From: Candidatus Babelota bacterium
GTDB taxonomy: Bacteria > Babelota > Babeliae > Babelales > Vermiphilaceae
Reading direction: 5' to 3'
DNA: 32,000 nucleotides
NCBI GenBank assembly: GCA_039809905.1
Contig: JBDHVY010000001.1
Span: 120,001-152,000, forward strand
In this document: positions 9,251 to 17,350 of the stretch, in pieces
How positions within the stretch are numbered: the stretch's first letter is position 1
Layout: each line of letters begins with the position of its first letter
Notes under the pieces: model-generated
What the model saw: the letters and a program-made list of their open reading frames with translations, nothing else
Told to the model about the DNA's origin: nothing
The model's database searches: none
Made by a program: the position numbers and the translations under genes

Positions 9251-9499
9251 TTATTTATTTTCAGGCGAATTGAGGCTATTTTGCCTTTTAAATTCTACCT
9301 CATTTTTTTGCCGAGCTTTTATTATGGCTTTAGGAGAACAATCCCAACGCGGACTTGTCTTGTATACAGTGTTTCTATCGCTAGCACCACTTGAAGATGC
9401 ATCTTCTTTTTTTATCGGCAATCTAGCTACTTTTTCAGACGCAAAAACTCCTGAGAAAAAAGATAAACCAATGATTGTTATTCCCATTACATTTTTCAT
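9251..9499 (-). CDS. Small secreted protein (hypothetical)
   Basis: 82 codons, AAGGAAAA RBS before the ATG, typical signal peptide MKNVMGITIIGLSFFSGVFA. Preferred over the overlapping plus-strand ORF 9141-9539. Confidence 0.45.
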   Translation of the reverse strand: MKNVMGITIIGLSFFSGVFASEKVARLPIKKEDASSSGASDRNTVYKTSPRWDCSPKAIIKARQKNEVEFKRQNSLNSPENK

Positions 9500-9628
9500 G
9501 GGGTTTTCCTTTTTTTGTTTAAAACACTTTTTATTTTGATAGCTTTATCAAGGTTAACAGTATAGAAAAAAAAAATACAAGAGACGAGAGTTTTAAAAAA
9601 AGATAAGCTTTGTGGTCAATTAAAAACA

Positions 9629-9718
9629 TGGCCGTGCCAACTGTCCTTCGACAAGCCAGTATGAGCGGTTGCTTTCTTCTTATGGGTGCCCGACCGTAGC
9701 ATTAGCGAAGGTTGGGCT
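9629..9718. repeat. GC-rich hairpin-forming island (element B), directly 3' of tRNA-Phe
   Basis: CCAACTGTCCTTCG (9637-9650) pairs with CGAAGGTTGG (9706-9715), leaving a 4-nt bulge. The segment CCTTCGACAAGCCAGTATGAGCG resembles CCTTCAACAAGTTCAGGGCGAGCG of the gatC-gatA element (about 17 of 24 positions by eye). Confidence 0.5.
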
Positions 9719-9725
9719 AAAAGTT

Positions 9726-9800
9726 TGGTGCCGGGGGTCGGAATTGAACCAACGACGCGAAGCTCTTCAGGCTTCCGCTCTACCACTGAGCTACCCCGGC
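9726..9800 (-). tRNA. tRNA-Phe (anticodon GAA), CCA encoded
   Basis: The reverse complement folds as a cloverleaf: GCCGGGG TA GCTC AGTGGTA GAGC G GAAGC CTGAAGA GCTTC GCGTC GTTGG TTCAATT CCGAC CCCCGGC A CCA. It has a 7-bp acceptor stem, TTCAA T-loop and anticodon GAA. Confidence 0.95.
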
Positions 9801-9896
9801 AATGAAAAGAGTTTTCAATTTTCAGAAGTGTAACATGAGAATATATACACTGTATGGTACCTGTTTATAGATTTTTGTCAATAAAAATGCATATTT

Positions 9897-10727
9897 TTAT
9901 TGGCTACAACATAATGGCTTTGCTCTTCCCGCTTCCATTGCCTCAGGAACTGGAATCAAATCACCCGTAATAACATCAAAAATAAAGCCATAAACCGGAA
10001 TATTTGAAGGAATAAGAGGATGATTTCTTATTTTTTTGACATCCTCAAGAACGGATTCAAATAATCCATTATTAATCGTTAACCAGTCAATAGGATCATA
10101 ATCAATATTTTCTTTTTTACCGCAACAGGTTCCCGCACTTTGCCATTGACACGAAGAATTTTTCTCTAGAACATCAAGCGTTACATTGCAATTTTTAACT
10201 AAAGTAGCCTTCAATGAGTTTTCTTGTAATAATTCTCCCATAACTTCTGGCGTAAATTTTTGCATACCACAATCAGTATGTTGGATCAAAAATATTTCTT
10301 CTACGCCCAACAATTTATAGAGAATAACCAATGATCTAATCCAATCATCGTTAACTCGTGCTCCCGCATTACGCATTATATAGGTACCTTTGGCAACCGC
10401 AGCTAAAAAACCGTTAAGGCGATGATCCATACAAGTTACAATAGCTGCTCTTGTTGGCGCAATCATATCTGGCTGGGGAACATAGGTACGCTCAAAAATC
10501 TTATCTGCTGCTATGATAGCCGCGCAAAGAGGACTATTATTTAAATTGGGAACATTTTCATGCGCATTGCCCGATTCTAGTCCATGGTCTTTTTTGCAGT
10601 TACACTCTTTGCTCATCTTCTTTTCCACCACTATTTTTTTACTATTTATTTTTGCTATCACCTGTTTGGCCAGAAATGGTATTATAAGGCAAAATACAAG
10701 TAAAATACAGAATGATTCTCTTTTCAT
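9897..10727 (-). CDS. Exported beta-class carbonic anhydrase (Cab-like)
   Basis: Zinc-ligand motifs CMDHR and HTDCG sit in the context VTCMDHRL...IMRNAGARVNDDWIRSLVILYKLLGVEEIFLIQHTDCGM...VYGFIFDVITGDL. ATG at 10727 is preceded by AGGGGA; the longer ORF to 10781 starts with TTG. Leader is MKRESFCILLVFCLIIPFLAKQVIA. Confidence 0.85.
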   Translation of the reverse strand: MKRESFCILLVFCLIIPFLAKQVIAKINSKKIVVEKKMSKECNCKKDHGLESGNAHENVPNLNNSPLCAAIIAADKIFERTYVPQPDMIAPTRAAIVTCMDHRLNGFLAAVAKGTYIMRNAGARVNDDWIRSLVILYKLLGVEEIFLIQHTDCGMQKFTPEVMGELLQENSLKATLVKNCNVTLDVLEKNSSCQWQSAGTCCGKKENIDYDPIDWLTINNGLFESVLEDVKKIRNHPLIPSNIPVYGFIFDVITGDLIPVPEAMEAGRAKPLCCSQ

Positions 10728-10887
10728 AGCAAGTTCCCCTATAATTATACGATTAGTATTATCCCGACAAAGAATATGCAAAACAGATATGAAAACACAA
10801 GGTTGATAGCCTCAAATTGCCAACAGAGCTATTCTTTGCTATCTTTACAACTATCCTAGTTCTCTGAAAAACAAACCGGAAATAGAT

Positions 10888-11925
10888 ATGAAAAGCCTCT
10901 CACAATCAATTGATATCACCAAACAAGAACTTATATCCGCGCTTACAGCAATTACTGATGAAAATGCTCTTGAATCAGTACGCGTTGCTTTTTTGGGCAG
11001 AAAAGGCAAAATTGCTGACCTCATGGAACAACTTAAAAATCTATCCATTGAAGAAAAAAAAATAGTTGGCCCTCTACTTAATCAACTCAAAACATTCGCG
11101 CAGGAACAGATCGATCAACATGCAAGCCAATTACAACAGGAAAAATCTCACCATATAAAAGCTCTTCAAAAAGACTTTGATGTTTCTGCCTATACATATA
11201 ACGAACTTAAAGGAACATCTCATATTTATACGCGAATTATTAATGATCTAGAAGATATCTTTATATCTATGGGATATGATATTGCCGATGGACCTGAAAT
11301 AGAAAATGAATATTACAATTTTGAATCTCTCAATATTGCCGCTGATCATCCTGCTCGAGAAGCAGAAGATTCATTTTTTTTACATCAAAAAGGAATGCTT
11401 TTGCGTACGCAATGCTCTACCATCCAGGCACGCATGATGGAGAACAGTATTCCACCTATAGCAATATTTTCTCCCGGTCGAGTTTATCGTAAAGAAGCAA
11501 CAGACCAAACACATGATTTCTTATTTACGCAGGCAGAAATACTTTTAGTTGATAAAAATATTTCGGTAAGTAACTTACTTGCAACTGCACATAGCTTTTT
11601 ACGTAAAATTTTTGATAATGAAGCGTTAGAAATTCGCGTACGCCCTGGATTTTTCCCGTTTGTTGAACCGGGATTAGAAATTGATGCTTCTTGCACCTTT
11701 TGTTCGCAAAAGGGATGTTCCGTATGCAAATATACTGGCTGGATAGAATTACTGGGAACAGGGATGGTACATCCAAATGTATTGCGTACTAGTGGCATTG
11801 ATCCCACTATTTATTCTGGGTTTGCCTTTGGTATGGGAATTGAGCGAATTGCAATGATAAAATATGGAATCTATGATATACGCTTGTTTCACTCAAGTAA
11901 AATAAAATTCCTTGATCAATTTTAA
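10888..11925 (+). CDS. pheS: Phenylalanine--tRNA ligase alpha subunit
   Basis: 345 aa. LGRKGKI, HPAR, LLRTQCS, SPGRVYR, FTQAE, RPGFFPFVEPG, GWIELLG.GMVHPNVL and FGMGIERIAM are class II PheS motifs in the canonical order. Confidence 0.95.
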   Translation: MKSLSQSIDITKQELISALTAITDENALESVRVAFLGRKGKIADLMEQLKNLSIEEKKIVGPLLNQLKTFAQEQIDQHASQLQQEKSHHIKALQKDFDVSAYTYNELKGTSHIYTRIINDLEDIFISMGYDIADGPEIENEYYNFESLNIAADHPAREAEDSFFLHQKGMLLRTQCSTIQARMMENSIPPIAIFSPGRVYRKEATDQTHDFLFTQAEILLVDKNISVSNLLATAHSFLRKIFDNEALEIRVRPGFFPFVEPGLEIDASCTFCSQKGCSVCKYTGWIELLGTGMVHPNVLRTSGIDPTIYSGFAFGMGIERIAMIKYGIYDIRLFHSSKIKFLDQF

Positions 11926-11965
11926 AGCATCATGCTAAAATTCAAACATAAAAAAGGGGGTTATT

Positions 11966-12907
11966 ATGTTTGGTACTATTTTGGCCTATGCACTTTTAGT
12001 AATTTATATACCTGAAATTATGAGTTCACCTATGAAAATAACTAAAGCTGTTATTCCTGCTGCAGGTCTTGGCACACGGTTTTTGCCTTATACAAAAGCA
12101 GTCCCCAAAGAGATGTTGCCAATTTTAGAAAAACCATCAATTCAATTAATTGTAGAAGAAGGTCTTAAATCAGGTATCACTCAATTCACTATTATCGCCA
12201 ATGATGATAAGCCTGAATTGTACAATCACTTTTCTCACCTGCCACAATTAGAAAATCTGCTTGAAAGCAGAGGTAAATCAGCCCTTTTAGATAACATTAA
12301 TGCCATTATTGATACTGCACAATTTAGTTTTATCCCACAACCAGTACCATTGGGATTAGGCCATGCCGTTTTACAAGCAAAAGAGACCGTTGGCAATGAA
12401 TATTTTGGTATCTTTTTGCCTGATGAAATTATGATCAGCAACGTTGCTGCACTTGCACAACTTATTGCCGTTGCAGAAAAATATAATGCTTCTGTCATTG
12501 GTGTCCAAAAAGTACCTCGTGAAAAAGTTTCATCTTATGGCATTATTGCAATCAAAGAACAATTAGAAGATGGCATCTTTGATATTGATTACTTAGTTGA
12601 AAAACCATCGATTGATCAAGCACCATCGGATTACGCTCTTGCAGGGCGCTATGTACTATCTCCTGATGTTTTTGCAGCATTAGAAATCACACAGCCTGGC
12701 GCTGGCAATGAAATTCAACTCACCGATGGTATTGCACACATGATGAATAATGGCGAACGGGTTATTGCATGCGTTTTAAACACATCTCGATATGATGTAG
12801 GCAACCCTCTAGGATGGATCCAAGCAAATATCGAAATTGCCTTTAATCATCCAACATTTGGACCAATTGTAAAAAGCTTCTGCCAAAAACTATTGGAACA
12901 AAAATAA
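11966..12907 (+). CDS. galU: UTP--glucose-1-phosphate uridylyltransferase with a short hydrophobic N-terminal extension
   Basis: KAVIPAAGLGTRFLPYTKAVPKEMLPI, GLGHAV, VEKP and GRYVLSPDVF. A strong RBS (AAGGGGG) precedes the ATG at 11966. An internal ATG at 12032 (MKITKAVIPAAG) is the alternative start. Confidence 0.9.
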   Translation: MFGTILAYALLVIYIPEIMSSPMKITKAVIPAAGLGTRFLPYTKAVPKEMLPILEKPSIQLIVEEGLKSGITQFTIIANDDKPELYNHFSHLPQLENLLESRGKSALLDNINAIIDTAQFSFIPQPVPLGLGHAVLQAKETVGNEYFGIFLPDEIMISNVAALAQLIAVAEKYNASVIGVQKVPREKVSSYGIIAIKEQLEDGIFDIDYLVEKPSIDQAPSDYALAGRYVLSPDVFAALEITQPGAGNEIQLTDGIAHMMNNGERVIACVLNTSRYDVGNPLGWIQANIEIAFNHPTFGPIVKSFCQKLLEQK

Positions 12908-12910
12908 ATC

Positions 12911-14083
12911 TCAGAATGTTTGAGGAACATGAGACTTTAATAATAGTTTTACAAGTTTTCTATCATTACCAACTTCGTCATACTTCCATAAGTAATTAAC
13001 ATAATCAATTGGCTTTTTATTTTTTTTATTTTTCTTTTCGATATCGATAGTCCCAACTTTGAGTAATCTCTGAATAGTTTTTACATGCAAATGTTTGCAC
13101 GCATAATGTAAAACAGTCATACCCTTATCATCAGCTATATTTACATCTGCTCCGAGTCTAATGAGAGCATCCAGCATTTCTTGAGGATCACTACAACGAC
13201 CTTTGAAAAATAAATCAGACTGACAACCACATTTATAATTAAGAAGATGCAATACTGTTTTACCAGATGTAGATCGTACATTAACATCTAAATATCCATT
13301 CGTAATAAGTCCTTGCATTAGAGTAAATTTATTAAAATAAAACAAATAATCAATCATTTCTGCTTGATATTGAGCAAAATATTTGCCTGCCAACAAAACT
13401 AATTCTTGTTCTTTATAAGCATTTCTACATAACAAATAAAGCAACTCTTTATCGTTCTTGTGAGGAAATAATCCAGAAATATTTATGCCTTGATCATGCA
13501 AATGTGATAATTCAGCGCATCCATGTTTCAATCTGATTTTTAAATCATTTATCTCTTGGTAATTTTTTCTTACTTGTTTGTCTGATGCATCTTGCCTTAT
13601 TTTTAATATCTCTTTTTCTTCTTTATCTTTTTGTTTTATTATCGCTTGGTTTTTACGCTCTTTGGCTTTTCTTATAGCCTCATATTCTTTCGCATAAATA
13701 TGCATATAATTATTTATCGAAAGTTCAGTCAAATTGTATGGAGAAAAATCAAATACCTCTTTTTTCCTTTGTTCTGCATGAAAAGACCATAAAAAACTAA
13801 AAACAGGAAATTTATTTTGTTGAGCAAAATAAATGAGACCTTTAGTACATCTATTATAGCCACGAGCAATATCAGTAAAACAAATACTTCCTGGAGCAAT
13901 ACGTTGATATACATTAACAAAAGAACATGTTTGCAATTTTTTAGATACACTTGAGAAACGACCTATAGATTGTAAATCCAGATCCATACTTAGAACTATT
14001 TCCTTTTCCATACAATAATTCGAGATGCAAAAAAACAGAGCAATTTTAGCAAAAAAAATATTTTTAAAATGATAGTGCTTCAT
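12911..14083 (-). CDS. Leader + F-box-like + ankyrin-repeat protein (subfamily 1)
   Basis: Hydrophobic N-terminus (IFFAKIALFFCISNYC). F-box-like segment LSMDLDLQSIGRFSSVSKKL. Shared module C..GYNRCTKGL...FSFLWSFHAEQR. C-terminal ANK repeats (GKTVLHLL..., LIRLGADVNIADDKGMTVLHYACKHLHVKTIQRLLKVG). Confidence 0.8.
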   Translation of the reverse strand: MKHYHFKNIFFAKIALFFCISNYCMEKEIVLSMDLDLQSIGRFSSVSKKLQTCSFVNVYQRIAPGSICFTDIARGYNRCTKGLIYFAQQNKFPVFSFLWSFHAEQRKKEVFDFSPYNLTELSINNYMHIYAKEYEAIRKAKERKNQAIIKQKDKEEKEILKIRQDASDKQVRKNYQEINDLKIRLKHGCAELSHLHDQGINISGLFPHKNDKELLYLLCRNAYKEQELVLLAGKYFAQYQAEMIDYLFYFNKFTLMQGLITNGYLDVNVRSTSGKTVLHLLNYKCGCQSDLFFKGRCSDPQEMLDALIRLGADVNIADDKGMTVLHYACKHLHVKTIQRLLKVGTIDIEKKNKKNKKPIDYVNYLWKYDEVGNDRKLVKLLLKSHVPQTF

Positions 14084-14105
14084 TATCTTACAGCCTTTAT
14101 GGTTG

Positions 14106-15209
14106 TTATTTTAAAGTTTTATATTTTTTTCCAGAATTTCGTTGTGCATTGCTATTATCACGTTGTTGAGCATGTTGTTTGAGCATATTGCGAATTAATA
14201 TAATTCGATTTTTTTCTTCTGAACTATACATTTGAGATAACATTCTTCTTTTTGAAACATAAAAGCTTGCTTTTTTCTTCCTCATATTGCGCGCTTTGGT
14301 ATTGATATCAGGATGAGTAAGTAATTCAATTACCGAATCACAATAGTGCCGTTCTACTGCATAATGCAATGGCGTCTCTAGTTTTTTATTGCGGACATTC
14401 ACATATATTCCCTTTTTTAACAATACTGGAATAATATCACCACGCTCAAAAGCAACTGCTGAATGAAGCAATGTATTATTAAATTTATCAACAATGTTGA
14501 TGTCTAATATTCCTACATCAATCAATCTTTCAATTAAACAAGGAGATATATCAGGCATCATAAAGACTATATCCTCAATAGAGATAACCCCAAAGCATAC
14601 ATCATTGACAAATGATAGCTTATTGTCTTGAGATGCCTTGTGCATTATTGTTTTTAATTCTGGCAAAAAAGATGATCCTATTATATCTACATTACTACCA
14701 GACAAAATAATCCCTAAATCTTTATCATTTTTAATATGCAACAACCATGAGACATGAGAAATAATATCCTGTTTAATCCTTTCCGGCGTATCATAAAATC
14801 GACGATATTCAACCATATGTTCTGCCAGTGTTCCTTTGTCTGGGTCTCTGTGACGAGCATGGAGCTGCCATAAGTAAGCAAACATTCTTTCATCTTTAAT
14901 ACATGCATAATGTCCCAACGCTTTACTGCATGCATAATAATTAGCAGCTAATCGCTGACATCCATAGGTTGTATGGCACCTTTTAGAACAAGATAAGCAC
15001 ATATTTTCTGTATCATATAATGTATTACAACTGGTAGAACATTGCTTCAAGCGTCCAATACATTGATAAGAAATAAGTGGCTGTATTTCTCTCTGTATAA
15101 TATCAGAAGATAACAATATCATTGCACACCTATTTTCCTGATAATTCATAGCATGAATAGATAGGCCGTAAAGCAATAATAAATATATATATCGCACGTA
15201 ACAATTCAT
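14106..15209 (-). CDS. Leader + F-box-like + ankyrin-repeat protein (subfamily 1)
   Basis: Leader IYLLLLYGLSIHA. F-box-like segment LLSSDIIQREIQPLISYQCIGRLKQCS. Shared module YYACSKALGHYA...FAYLWQLHARHR. ANK repeats NNTLLHSAVAFERGDIIPVLLKKGIYVNVRNKKLETPLHYAVERHYCDSVIELL. Sits 22 nt upstream of the next ANK gene, which has an AAAGG RBS. Confidence 0.8.
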   Translation of the reverse strand: MNCYVRYIYLLLLYGLSIHAMNYQENRCAMILLSSDIIQREIQPLISYQCIGRLKQCSTSCNTLYDTENMCLSCSKRCHTTYGCQRLAANYYACSKALGHYACIKDERMFAYLWQLHARHRDPDKGTLAEHMVEYRRFYDTPERIKQDIISHVSWLLHIKNDKDLGIILSGSNVDIIGSSFLPELKTIMHKASQDNKLSFVNDVCFGVISIEDIVFMMPDISPCLIERLIDVGILDINIVDKFNNTLLHSAVAFERGDIIPVLLKKGIYVNVRNKKLETPLHYAVERHYCDSVIELLTHPDINTKARNMRKKKASFYVSKRRMLSQMYSSEEKNRIILIRNMLKQHAQQRDNSNAQRNSGKKYKTLK

Positions 15210-15302
15210 GATGCAGAGCTCACTCTTGTTTTATTTTATTAAAAAGTTATACACTCAGACTACACGGCTTCTCTATTATAGGGTCAAAAAACTGGGATTG
15301 CT

Positions 15303-16214
15303 ATGAATTTGGCACAGAAAATAACCTATTTTTTTTTAATAAGTGGCAGTATTGTTCTCTGCAATGAAATCCCAACAAAAATGAGCTATACGCAGCGCCG
15401 CAGCAAATTTGCTCGTGAAAAAAAAGAAAAACTTGCACAAAACCGCGCAGCTCGTAATCACCGCCCTTGGTTCCGTAACCGACCACCACATAAACACCGC
15501 ATAACTCATATGTTGGGAGAATTTGCCGAAGATGTGATAAAAATTAATTTAGGTCTTTTTTCATGGGATTCTCTAAAAGTTTTTGTCATCACCGCACCAT
15601 TTTTTGCAGGAGCACGTATGATTGATGAAAAATTACACAACTGTTTTTTTGATCATAAAAATAAAAAAAACAGGAATGAACCTGCTCAATGGTGCAAAGA
15701 AGTTGCGCGCTTGAGCATAGGTATTCCTATTGCTCTTTTAGGAACTCAAGCTTTTTTTAGCCGAGATGATGATATGCAAACGACGAGCCAGGTTTTTTTG
15801 ACCGGTATGCCATTTGTATTACTCGCAAAAGATATTTTTAAGGAACAGCTCAATTTTGATCTCTGTAAACGCCCATATCACCAAGTTTTTGCCAAAGAAC
15901 AACGTAAATTTGGCGGGTTTCCTTCAGGTCACCTCGCTGAAGCTACCTATATGGCAGTACTTTATGGCATGCGCTTTGGACCTAACTATGCAATACCTCT
16001 TGGTACCGTTGCAACTTTCGTTACCATTGTATTTTTATCAAGCAATCGCCATTATCTCTCTCAAATGATTGCAGGAGCTGGATTTGGTGCTATGTATGCC
16101 CTATCTGCAAACAGATTGATAGATTCAAAATTAGCAAAAAAACATGATTTAAAAATCGGTTTATCTGCAGGAGATCATGGAGAACCAGTCATGAAATTAT
16201 CGATGAAGTTTTAG
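15303..16214 (+). CDS. PAP2-like (type 2 phosphatidic acid phosphatase superfamily) membrane protein, third catalytic motif degenerate
   Basis: Several hydrophobic segments. K..(6)..RP-like CKRPYHQ, then PSGH (FPSGHLAEAT). The third motif reads SSNRHYLSQMIAGAG, where the family normally has SR.....H...D, so the SR is absent and D is replaced by Q. The 3' end overlaps the convergent gene by 26 nt. Confidence 0.55.
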   Translation: MNLAQKITYFFLISGSIVLCNEIPTKMSYTQRRSKFAREKKEKLAQNRAARNHRPWFRNRPPHKHRITHMLGEFAEDVIKINLGLFSWDSLKVFVITAPFFAGARMIDEKLHNCFFDHKNKKNRNEPAQWCKEVARLSIGIPIALLGTQAFFSRDDDMQTTSQVFLTGMPFVLLAKDIFKEQLNFDLCKRPYHQVFAKEQRKFGGFPSGHLAEATYMAVLYGMRFGPNYAIPLGTVATFVTIVFLSSNRHYLSQMIAGAGFGAMYALSANRLIDSKLAKKHDLKIGLSAGDHGEPVMKLSMKF

Positions 16215-17061
16215 TCTGAAACTGGTTATTTTTTTCTACAAGATGTTCTAATAAGAATTTTGCTAATTCTTCATTTTCAAATTTATCACGAACAATTTCA
16301 AGCGCCGTTAAACCTTTTTTTCCTATTTTGGTATCAATTCCACGCTCAGGAACTGAGAGATAATTGAGCAGAATAGGACCATTTCCAAGAAAACATAATG
16401 ATTTAAGAAAATCGTTTTCATAGTTTGTGAATTGCAAATATTGATTGAGCACTACTCGTACTCGTTTATTATTACCATTTAATATCGCAACCCATGCATC
16501 TTGATAAGCAGCTTGATTATCATGCTCTTGCTTAATCTGTACGGGTAATTCTCCATAATAAAAAGCGATTCTACGTTCATCATTTAATTCCAGTATAGAA
16601 CCCTCAAACAATGTATCATAATCATAAGGTACTTTATGATCCATTCCATAAATCATATTAAAGTTTTTTTTGATCCTAGCATCAATCAACTTAGAATGAG
16701 TATTTACTACGCGCAACAATATTTTCGAAAGTTTTTCTACTTCGCCATTATATTTTTGAGAAAATATATGTTCTACCGGTGATACCATTGGAGCATGAAA
16801 ATACAAAAAATTTTCAACTGATTCAAAATCAGCATAGCAAGGATTGCTCATAATAAGGGGAATATCTGTTGTTTTATTAAAATCATGACTCGTTCTTTTA
16901 AGTCTCGATAAAGATACACTATTCAAACGCAAATCAATTTCAGTTTTGGCATCTTTTGGTAATAACGCTAAATGGTTTTGATCTTGCACTTGAAGCATTC
17001 CTGATACAGAATAAAAAATAGACAACACACAACAAAACAACCATTTTGTATAATTTCTCAT
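16189..17061 (-). CDS. Leader + F-box-like + C-terminal ANK-like protein (subfamily 2)
   Basis: ATG at 17061 is preceded by AAGGA; the longer ORF to 17079 starts with TTG. Leader WLFCCVLSIFYSVSG. F-box-like segment LLPKDAKTEIDLRLNSVSLSRLKRTSHDF. C-terminus GLTALEIVRDKFENEELAKFLLEH. Colinear paralog of 19844-20680. Confidence 0.75.
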   Translation of the reverse strand: MRNYTKWLFCCVLSIFYSVSGMLQVQDQNHLALLPKDAKTEIDLRLNSVSLSRLKRTSHDFNKTTDIPLIMSNPCYADFESVENFLYFHAPMVSPVEHIFSQKYNGEVEKLSKILLRVVNTHSKLIDARIKKNFNMIYGMDHKVPYDYDTLFEGSILELNDERRIAFYYGELPVQIKQEHDNQAAYQDAWVAILNGNNKRVRVVLNQYLQFTNYENDFLKSLCFLGNGPILLNYLSVPERGIDTKIGKKGLTALEIVRDKFENEELAKFLLEHLVEKNNQFQTKTSSIIS

Positions 17062-17112
17062 TGATACATATCCTTGCAATAACTTATTTTTATAACGATT
17101 ATTTTATTTTAC

Positions 17113-17246
17113 ATTAATTTCTATTGAAAACAACGCTTACATTGTCTTGCATCATCAATAAAATCAGTAATACTAAAAAATATGTATCTTAATTAAAAAA
17201 GGATCTGTATGAAAAAAATATTATCCACGCAATAAAAATGAGTAAA
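17113..17246 (+). pseudogene. Decapitated duplicate of the MIOX promoter region, RBS, start codon and an internal MIOX fragment
   Basis: 17113-17211 aligns with 20733-20830 (about three quarters identical by eye), including AAAAGGATCTGTATG. After the ATG (17209), the sequence AAAAAAATATTATCCACGCAATAAAAA matches MIOX nt 21010-21036. This implies an internal deletion of roughly 175 bp. The remaining ORF is 8 codons. Confidence 0.8.
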
Positions 17247-17321
17247 AAAACATGAATGCAGCTTAGATTGAGTGTTGGTGATCACGGAGAATTAGTCATG
17301 AAATTATCAATGAAGTTTTAA
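17244..17321 (+). pseudogene. Remnant copy 2 of the PAP2-like gene 3' end
   Basis: ...LSVGDHGELVMKLSMKF* compares with the intact gene tail GLSAGDHGEPVMKLSMKF* (16158-16214). No upstream PAP2 coding sequence is present. Stop is 30 nt from the stop of the convergent 763-aa ANK gene. Confidence 0.8.
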
Positions 17322-17350
17322 AAAATCATTAAGCAATATCATAATTTTAA

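Noticed and set aside
9141-9539. 132-codon plus-strand ORF overlapping 9251-9499
   Set aside because: It overlaps the start of the upstream minus-strand gene and has no RBS. The antisense 82-codon ORF has a good RBS and a textbook signal peptide. The choice remains low-confidence.
9629-9718. Possibility that the GC-rich island next to tRNA-Phe is a second tRNA, tmRNA or SRP RNA
   Set aside because: I could build no cloverleaf and found no T-loop GTTCRA motif. I found no SRP-type GGAA/AGCA helix-8 motifs and no tmRNA tag frame.
9500-9896. tRNA-Phe as an integration site of a genomic island
   Set aside because: No integrase gene and no direct repeat of the tRNA 3' end are visible in the window. 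The flanking genes do not form an obvious island.
10782-10887. T-box or leader-peptide attenuator upstream of pheS
   Set aside because: The spacer is only about 105-160 nt and is shared with a divergent gene. I saw no specifier/T-box sequence (AGGGUGGNACCGCG-like) and no Phe-rich leader ORF.
10513-11807. ORFs 10513-10806 +, 10851-11048 -, 11484-11807 - and 11525-11776 -
   Set aside because: They are antisense or alternative-frame shadows of the carbonic anhydrase and pheS genes. None has an RBS or a recognisable product.
12235-15489. ORFs 12235-12498 -, 13729-13950 -, 14714-14935 - and 15301-15489 -
   Set aside because: They are nested in other frames or on the other strand of galU, the two ANK genes and the PAP2-like gene. 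Their composition is low-complexity.
17209-17235. 8-codon ORF (MKKILSTQ*) behind the duplicated MIOX promoter and RBS
   Set aside because: It is the by-product of an internal deletion in a duplicated MIOX 5' end. There is no reason to think the peptide is functional, although the promoter may still be active.
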